Shown here: positions 25,820 through 30,826 of the stretch, one piece after another
Layout of the letters: every line of letters begins with the position of its first letter
Position numbering within the stretch: the first letter of the stretch is position 1
From: a virus
Taxonomy: Duplodnaviria; Caudoviricetes
Length of the DNA: 30,826 nt
Strand: one strand, 5' to 3'
IMG/VR virus record: IMGVR_UViG_3300011336_000379
Coordinates: 1 to 30,826 of that record
Notes under the pieces: model-generated
What the model was told of the DNA's origin: nothing
The model's database searches: none
Seen by the model: only the letters and a program-made list of their open reading frames with translations
Position numbers and translations under genes: made by a program

Positions 25820-25962
25820 AACTCTTTCCAAGATGTTGAGGACACCAGTTTCTTTGATGTTAAATTAAAAAGGTTGACCACAGAAAGATATAAAGTAGTG
25901 ATTAAAAGCACTCGTCTAATCTGTTAAGAATACCTCATCAAAGTTTTAGGTGTAAAACACAT
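25820..25962 (+). ncRNA. Unclassified structured RNA with hatchet-like nested helices
   Basis: AUGU/ACAU, internal loop UGAGG/AAAAC, ACACC/GGUGU, and CUUUGAUG/CAUCAAAG closing a 76-nt insert. Confidence 0.45.
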
Positions 25963-25990
25963 TTATTCACAATTTTAAATTTCTAAAACA

Positions 25991-26197
25991 ATGAAAAACA
26001 CAAAAATTATGCTCATTTGCATATCTAGCTTTATATTAAGCTGGATATTTTGTGGTGTTATTGGTTATTTATTAACTGATAATGTTACACTTAAATATTG
26101 TATATCTCACCTAGCTACAATTTATATTATGCTTATTATTGGGTGGATACCTACTTTTATTATAGGATATGATTTAACCAATACAATTAAAAATTAA
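25991..26197 (+). CDS. Small two-TM membrane protein
   Basis: 68 aa, hydrophobic. Confidence 0.7.
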   Translation: MKNTKIMLICISSFILSWIFCGVIGYLLTDNVTLKYCISHLATIYIMLIIGWIPTFIIGYDLTNTIKN

Positions 26198-26201
26198 AAT
26201 C

Positions 26202-26330
26202 ATGAAAAATAAAGAAGAATTAGAAACAATAATAGTTAAAAAAGTTATTACAAATATAACTTTTGCTGTATTACTAATAACATTAGTAATTACTTTAATA
26301 ATAACTACAATTAGAATTTTTACAATTTAA
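26202..26330 (+). CDS. 42-aa single-TM peptide
   Basis: Manual translation MKNKEELETIIVKKVITNITFAVLLITLVITLIITTIRIFTI. Lies between the previous ORF and a terminator. Confidence 0.55.
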   Translation: MKNKEELETIIVKKVITNITFAVLLITLVITLIITTIRIFTI

Positions 26331-26340
26331 TTTTATAATA

Positions 26341-26376
26341 AAAAGCTCATTGAATTTTTCTTTGAGCTTTTTTTTA
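26341..26376 (+). terminator. Rho-independent terminator
   Basis: AAAAGCTCA...TGAGCTTTT followed by a T tract. Confidence 0.7.
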
Positions 26377-26416
26377 TTTTTTATTAAAATAACACACAAT
26401 TTTAAAAAATAATAAT

Positions 26417-26878
26417 ATGGGATTAGACATGTATTTAAGCAAAAAATCTTTTATTGATAATGATTTTACTAAAAGAAAAATAGAAGGTCAACTAATAACT
26501 GACAATAAAACTATAAACATTAATTTTAATAATGTTAGTTGTATTACAGAAGATGTAGGATATTGGAGAAAAGCAAATCAAATACATAATTGGTTTGTAA
26601 AAAATATACAACATAATGTAGATAATTGTGGAGAATATTTTGTTAGCAAAGAACAATTAAAAACATTATTAAAAATTTGTAAACAAGTTCTAAAAAATAA
26701 AGAGCTAGCACCAAAATTATTTCCACATTCTCATGGATTTTTATTTAATGCAAGTTATGATGAAAATTATTTTAAAGATATCAAACATACTATCAATATT
26801 TTAGAAAGTTTAGATTTAAAAAATAATAAAATAAATAGTACTATAAAAACAAGTTATTATTATTCATCATCTTGGTAA
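26417..26878 (+). CDS. Conserved phage hypothetical protein (MGLDMY...YWRKAN.IH.WF...YYSSW type)
   Basis: Recognisable widespread phage motif; function unknown. Confidence 0.85.
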   Translation: MGLDMYLSKKSFIDNDFTKRKIEGQLITDNKTININFNNVSCITEDVGYWRKANQIHNWFVKNIQHNVDNCGEYFVSKEQLKTLLKICKQVLKNKELAPKLFPHSHGFLFNASYDENYFKDIKHTINILESLDLKNNKINSTIKTSYYYSSSW

Positions 26879-27735
26879 TTATGTTACAAATTAAAGAAAG
26901 AAAATCAATGATGATTAAACCATCAGGTAGGTCTACAGATTTTATATCTCCTTCATTTATAATGGGTTGTGGATTTAATTGTTCTTATTGCTATTGTAAA
27001 AGACACAAAACTGAAGGTGTAGATATAGCAAATAATATTAATCAAATACTAACAGAAATAAATAATCATGCAGTATTTGCTGTAGTAGATAAACCTAATC
27101 AGACACATCCTAAATATATTACTTATGATATAGGTTGTAATTCAGATATGTCATTACATGCTAAACATTATGATTGGAAATATGTTTTTAATTTATTTAA
27201 AAATCATGATAGAGCAATGGGTTCTTTTGCTACTAAATATGTAAATACAGATTTTTTAAAATATAATCCAAACAATAAAATAAGAATAAGATTTAGTTTA
27301 ATGCCACAATCTTATGCTGATCAATTAGAACCAAAAACTAGTAGTATAATAGATAGAATAGAAGCAATAGATACATTTATTGACGCAGGTTATGATGTGC
27401 ATATTAATTTTAGTCCTGTTATTATTACACAAGGTTGGTTAATTAAATACAAAGAATTGTTTGAGCTTGTAAATACACATGTTAAACATAAAAATATTGT
27501 AAAAGCTGAAGTTATTTTCTTAACACATAATGAAAAAAAACATGAATACAATATTGCACATGGATTATTTGGTGAACATTTAATATGGAGACCAGAATTA
27601 CAAGAAAATAAAAAATCTCAATATGGTGGTAATAATATAAGATATAAGCATAATATTAAACATGCTTATATAAATCAATGGATTAAATTACATGATAGTA
27701 TTATACCTTGGAATACAATAAGATATATATTTTAA
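26872..27735 (+). CDS. splB: Spore photoproduct lyase-like radical SAM enzyme (true start may be ATG 26881)
   Basis: CxxxCxxC (CGFNCSYCYC), GCNSD matching the SPL H-donor Cys region, ATKYVN, RIRFSLMP and AGYDVHINFSPVI. Confidence 0.8.
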   Translation: MVIMLQIKERKSMMIKPSGRSTDFISPSFIMGCGFNCSYCYCKRHKTEGVDIANNINQILTEINNHAVFAVVDKPNQTHPKYITYDIGCNSDMSLHAKHYDWKYVFNLFKNHDRAMGSFATKYVNTDFLKYNPNNKIRIRFSLMPQSYADQLEPKTSSIIDRIEAIDTFIDAGYDVHINFSPVIITQGWLIKYKELFELVNTHVKHKNIVKAEVIFLTHNEKKHEYNIAHGLFGEHLIWRPELQENKKSQYGGNNIRYKHNIKHAYINQWIKLHDSIIPWNTIRYIF

Positions 27736-27736
27736 T

Positions 27737-28339
27737 ATGAAACTAATAAAACTAACAAATTACCACTACATTATAGTAGATAATTCAGAGATTAAAGTAA
27801 ATGATTGGTTTTTTAATACTGTTCAAGGTAATATTTATTGCAATAATATACCTGATTACAATGTAAATAAAGATTATCTTAAAAAAATTACCCACTCAAC
27901 ACAACCACTTGAACAGTATGTAAACATAAGAACTCAAGAAGATAGAGACAACGGAATGTTACCAAGTGTATTGATGGTAAAACAAGATGTCGTTACTCCA
28001 TTCTCTCTATTAGAAGTAAAAGAACTAATTGGTGAGGTAGATGTGGAGAAAAAGGCGTATGAGTACGCAATCAATGATTTTGATGATTATGCTTTCTGTG
28101 GTTATGTAAAAGGCTACAATCAAGCCCTTGAAGATAACAAGGACAAGAAGTATACAGAAGAGGATTTGAGAAAAATGTTTGTTCACGGTAAACAATTAGG
28201 GTTAACAATTGCTGGCGCAATAAGAAATGGTGGGGATAAACCTGACAAAGATGAATGGTTTAATGAATCTATCCAATCCCTCCAACCTAAAACAGAGTGG
28301 AAAGTAGAATTTATTGATGGTAAACTAAAATTAAAATAG
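27737..28339 (+). CDS. Hypothetical mosaic phage protein
   Basis: 200 aa with IKVNDWF, KKITHSTQPL and KKYTEEDLRK modules. Confidence 0.8.
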   Translation: MKLIKLTNYHYIIVDNSEIKVNDWFFNTVQGNIYCNNIPDYNVNKDYLKKITHSTQPLEQYVNIRTQEDRDNGMLPSVLMVKQDVVTPFSLLEVKELIGEVDVEKKAYEYAINDFDDYAFCGYVKGYNQALEDNKDKKYTEEDLRKMFVHGKQLGLTIAGAIRNGGDKPDKDEWFNESIQSLQPKTEWKVEFIDGKLKLK

Positions 28340-28340
28340 C

Positions 28341-28526
28341 ATGGAAAATAAACAATACACAAGAGATGAAGTACATGCATTAATGTGTAAAGCATTTATA
28401 GCAGGTTGGAAAAAAGCTGATATAGTTAAAGCTGGATTAGAAGCATTAGATACTGAAGTAGAATGTGTTTGGATATTAACAAGATATGATAGTACACCTA
28501 AAAATGAGTGTAATACAAAAAATTAA
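28341..28526 (+). CDS. Hypothetical protein
   Basis: 61 aa, tightly coupled; QYTRDEV echoes KYTEEDL of the upstream gene. Confidence 0.65.
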   Translation: MENKQYTRDEVHALMCKAFIAGWKKADIVKAGLEALDTEVECVWILTRYDSTPKNECNTKN

Positions 28527-28532
28527 AATAAC

Positions 28533-28910
28533 ATGAACACACCAATAAGTTTTTCAATAGCTAAGTTGCTAAAAGAAAAAGAATTTGATGAAAAAGTAAA
28601 AGGTAGATATTGTATAAAAAAAATTACTCCATTTAAAGTAGGTATATTTTATTTATCTAATTATGAATTACATGAAAATTTTATATATGGTCCAACTATT
28701 GCAGAAGTAGTGATGTGGTTATATGAAAAACATGGAATTTGGATTAGTGTTATAGATGTAAGTCCATCTCATATTCTTTGGGAATATCAAATTAGTAAAA
28801 AAGAAGTTGGTTTAATTTACAGTTCAAGCCAATATCCTGTTAAACATAAATATTCACCAACAGAAGCGTACGAAGCAGCAATAAAGCATTGTCTAGAAAA
28901 AATTATTTAA
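28533..28910 (+). CDS. Hypothetical protein (AKLLKEK.F...PT...W..EKHGI...EAYEAA type)
   Basis: Paralog of 30100-30456. Confidence 0.8.
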   Translation: MNTPISFSIAKLLKEKEFDEKVKGRYCIKKITPFKVGIFYLSNYELHENFIYGPTIAEVVMWLYEKHGIWISVIDVSPSHILWEYQISKKEVGLIYSSSQYPVKHKYSPTEAYEAAIKHCLEKII

Positions 28911-28911
28911 T

Positions 28912-29187
28912 ATGAAATACATAGATGAATATGCCATTATCAACAAAACTGCTCTTTTAAAAAGAATAGAGAAGTTGGAATTTCAAAGAGAAGTTGAACC
29001 TGATAATTATACACAGTCTTATTTAGATGGTAAAATCAAACAATTAAAAGAAGTTTTATCTCAATCAATTTCTTTTATTTCTGAAATTGAAAAAGCTTAT
29101 GATGCAGGTAAAGTAGATGAAAAATTAAGTAAAATGTTTGATAATCCTAAAGGAAGATATTTAGGTAGTTTAAAACTTGATATATAA
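28912..29187 (+). CDS. Hypothetical protein
   Basis: 91 aa, helical, with IEKAYDAG motif; coupled to its neighbours. Confidence 0.75.
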   Translation: MKYIDEYAIINKTALLKRIEKLEFQREVEPDNYTQSYLDGKIKQLKEVLSQSISFISEIEKAYDAGKVDEKLSKMFDNPKGRYLGSLKLDI

Positions 29188-29202
29188 TATAATAAAAAAG
29201 TT

Positions 29203-29397
29203 ATGATTTATGAAATTAAACAAATATTGTGGGTTAAAACACCACATGGAGATGGACTAGCTTTATTTATTATGGATTATGGTATACAAAATAATACTAT
29301 ATGGGTAATTGCATTAAAAAAAGATGGTAGTATAAAACATTATGATAGTAATCAAATTAAACTTATTTCAAATAATACAATAAATTTTAACGTATGA
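29203..29397 (+). CDS. Hypothetical protein (V.TPHGDG.A.F..DYG..N..W type)
   Basis: 64-aa SH3-like beta pattern. Confidence 0.75.
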   Translation: MIYEIKQILWVKTPHGDGLALFIMDYGIQNNTIWVIALKKDGSIKHYDSNQIKLISNNTINFNV

Positions 29398-29621
29398 TAG
29401 ATTGGATAGAAAATGCAAAAAATCGTAATCGTTCTTTTATAAATTTAGGATTTACAAATGGTTGGAATAAAGATACTTACGATAAATTTAATGAATTATT
29501 AAAATATAAAATTAGTGATGAAAAAATAAATAAATATAGAGTTGAAACACAATATCAGTTTGATATTGATTATAATGGTGATAAATTTACTGTTTATTAT
29601 TCAACTGATAGTGGTGATTAA
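29394..29621 (+). CDS. Hypothetical protein
   Basis: 75 aa in the plus-strand gene chain; NLGFTNGW...DSGD. Confidence 0.7.
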   Translation: MIDWIENAKNRNRSFINLGFTNGWNKDTYDKFNELLKYKISDEKINKYRVETQYQFDIDYNGDKFTVYYSTDSGD

Positions 29622-29667
29622 TTAAACGCTAACAATAGATACTCTAAAAAAGTAAAAGATAAAATAT

Positions 29668-29732
29668 AGTCAGGTGGCAAAATTGGTACGCCATACAAAC
29701 TCAGAGGGTTACTTACTTTGAGTCCCTGACTC
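29668..29732 (+). ncRNA. Short tRNA-like element (acceptor stem, D-arm-like hairpin and one long hairpin; no T arm or anticodon arm)
   Basis: AGTCAGG/CCTGACT, TG, GGC-AAAATTGGTAC-GCC and ACTCAGAG/CTTTGAGT. Confidence 0.5.
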
Positions 29733-29746
29733 TAAAAATAAAAGTA

Positions 29747-29887
29747 ATGAGAAGTAAGGTTTTTCAAAGAATATTAGATGATATGGATAAAGACCCTTGG
29801 TGGGTTAAACTTAAAAGATGGTTTGTTGTTGAGTATTATGTTATTAAATGTTTAGGTTTAATAAAATATTTTAAAAATAGAAAATAG
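29747..29887 (+). CDS. 46-aa basic/aromatic peptide between the two tRNA-like elements
   Basis: Manual translation MRSKVFQRILDDMDKDPWWVKLKRWFVVEYYVIKCLGLIKYFKNRK. The TAG stop overlaps the start of the second element. Confidence 0.55.
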   Translation: MRSKVFQRILDDMDKDPWWVKLKRWFVVEYYVIKCLGLIKYFKNRK

Positions 29888-30018
29888 TCAGGTGGTGGAA
29901 TTGGTAGACGCAATTAAGCTAGAGATATGATGAATGTTGCAGAAGAGACTTAAGAGACCGAAAGGTGTTATTCTCAAAGGACTCAACTCATTTACAGGTT
30001 TGAATCCTGTCCTGACTC
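29886..30018 (+). ncRNA. Long tRNA-like element (Leu-type D arm and T arm; anticodon/variable region replaced by 82 nt)
   Basis: Acceptor AGTCAGG/CCTGACT, D arm GTGGAATTGGTAGACGC and T arm ACAGG-TTTGAAT-CCTGT. No 5-bp/7-nt anticodon stem-loop and no encoded CCA. Confidence 0.7.
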
Positions 30019-30099
30019 AAAACGGTATAGGCGCACTAACTTCCTTCTTTCGATAGAACGCTGACTGCTGGAAAGACAGCAAATTTTAAATAAATAACT

Positions 30100-30456
30100 A
30101 TGGAAAAAGAATTTGTTTGTTATAAAGAAGCATTAGCACTTAAAGAACTTGGGTTTAATGAACCTTGTTTATGTTCTTGGAATTTTTACACTAACGAATT
30201 AAACTTTAATGGGCAACCTTCAACATTTAGTAGCGAAGATATAATTCAATTACCAACATTCTCTCAATCATTTACATGGTTTAGAGAGAATGGTAAAGTA
30301 GCGGAAGTATTTTCACAAATTATGCCTTCCAACAAATATAAGTGGGGGTATAAAATACAAGGGGTTGAAGGTATTACTGATGGATTCTTGACCTACGAAG
30401 AAGCGGAACTTGCTTGTCTTATAAAATTAATTGAAATTGTTAAAAACTTAAAATAA
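30100..30456 (+). CDS. Hypothetical protein (V.Y..ALALKELGF.EPC...PTFSQ.F.WFRE...TYEEAE type)
   Basis: 118 aa; paralog of 28533-28910. Confidence 0.85.
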   Translation: MEKEFVCYKEALALKELGFNEPCLCSWNFYTNELNFNGQPSTFSSEDIIQLPTFSQSFTWFRENGKVAEVFSQIMPSNKYKWGYKIQGVEGITDGFLTYEEAELACLIKLIEIVKNLK

Positions 30457-30457
30457 A

Positions 30458-30826
30458 ATGGCAACATTAACAGTAACAAATGAACAATTAAGTCTTATTC
30501 AAAGTGCATTAGATATGTATTCTAGAATAGGTATAGGTCAAATGTGGGTAATTAAAGAACATCCTACATTTTATAATGTATTACGTGATAAATTAAGACC
30601 TAAAAAAGAATTAGAAGTAGGAGATAAAACAGAACGTGGTGAAATAGTAGAAATAACTAAAGATTCTATTAAAACCAAAGGTACGTGGAATACTAAAGAA
30701 GAAATAAAAGAATGGAAAGATGTAGAAAATGTTAAATTATCTATTGATTATTCTTTATTACATGATATACAAAATAAAGGTGAAAAGATTCTTAATCAAG
30801 GAAGAAATATACTGTTACAAGAAGAA
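30458..30826 (+). CDS. Hypothetical protein, truncated by the window end
   Basis: Not in the ORF track. Open from ATG 30458: MATLTVTNEQLSLIQSALDMYSRIGIGQMW... Confidence 0.75.
   Translation, partial: MATLTVTNEQLSLIQSALDMYSRIGIGQMWVIKEHPTFYNVLRDKLRPKKELEVGDKTERGEIVEITKDSIKTKGTWNTKEEIKEWKDVENVKLSIDYSLLHDIQNKGEKILNQGRNILLQEE

Noticed and set aside
25868-25935. Pistol ribozyme fragments (AGGUUG, UAUAAA, ACUCGUCU) inside the 76-nt insert
   Set aside because: The elements are in the wrong order and the P1 and pseudoknot partners are missing.
24726-28395. Minus-strand ORFs 24726-24956, 25141-25323 and 28183-28395
   Set aside because: They are antisense to plus-strand genes or to the twister element, and have no operon context.
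29886-30018. Functional tRNA-Leu or tmRNA
   Set aside because: It has no anticodon stem-loop, a C discriminator, no G3-U70 alanine identity pair, and is far too short for a tmRNA.
30019-30081. HDV-like theta ribozyme after the tRNA-like element
   Set aside because: I could not build the nested P1/P2/P3/P1.1 double pseudoknot from this sequence.
1-30826. Stop-codon reassignment (TAG or TGA), known in some crAss-like phages
   Set aside because: Long genes are intact in code 11, TAG ends genes cleanly (24929, 28339), and no suppressor tRNA is visible. The two muzzle ORFs are in different frames, so readthrough would not join them.

Overview
An AT-rich segment of a crAss-like (Crassvirales-type) phage genome, read in standard code 11, whose host is probably a Bacteroidota member (TAnnTTTG promoter boxes). 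Bases 1-23652 on the minus strand are the late virion module. In transcription order it holds small membrane and Cys-rich genes, HU-like, GroES-like and ferritin/Dps-like genes, a putative terminase small subunit, TerL, portal, a scaffold-like protein, major capsid protein, ring and auxiliary capsid proteins, an IHF-like protein, tail tubular protein, the muzzle/tail-stabilisation protein (split in two by an 82-bp tandem duplication), and two ejected cargo-type proteins, one carrying a lytic transglycosylase and an HExxH domain. After a strand switch and a GC-rich palindromic island (about 24090-24210), the plus strand carries small early/accessory genes, including a spore-photoproduct-lyase-like radical SAM enzyme. 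The plus-strand intergenic DNA is densely packed with structured RNA: four covarying copies of a small H-type pseudoknot (three in tandem), a twister ribozyme with a 130-nt insert in P5, a hatchet-like nested-helix element with a 76-nt insert, and two tRNA-like elements that share an acceptor stem but lack a canonical anticodon arm. This RNA cluster is the most interesting signal in the window. All calls come from reading motifs and synteny by eye; no database searches or folding programs were run.
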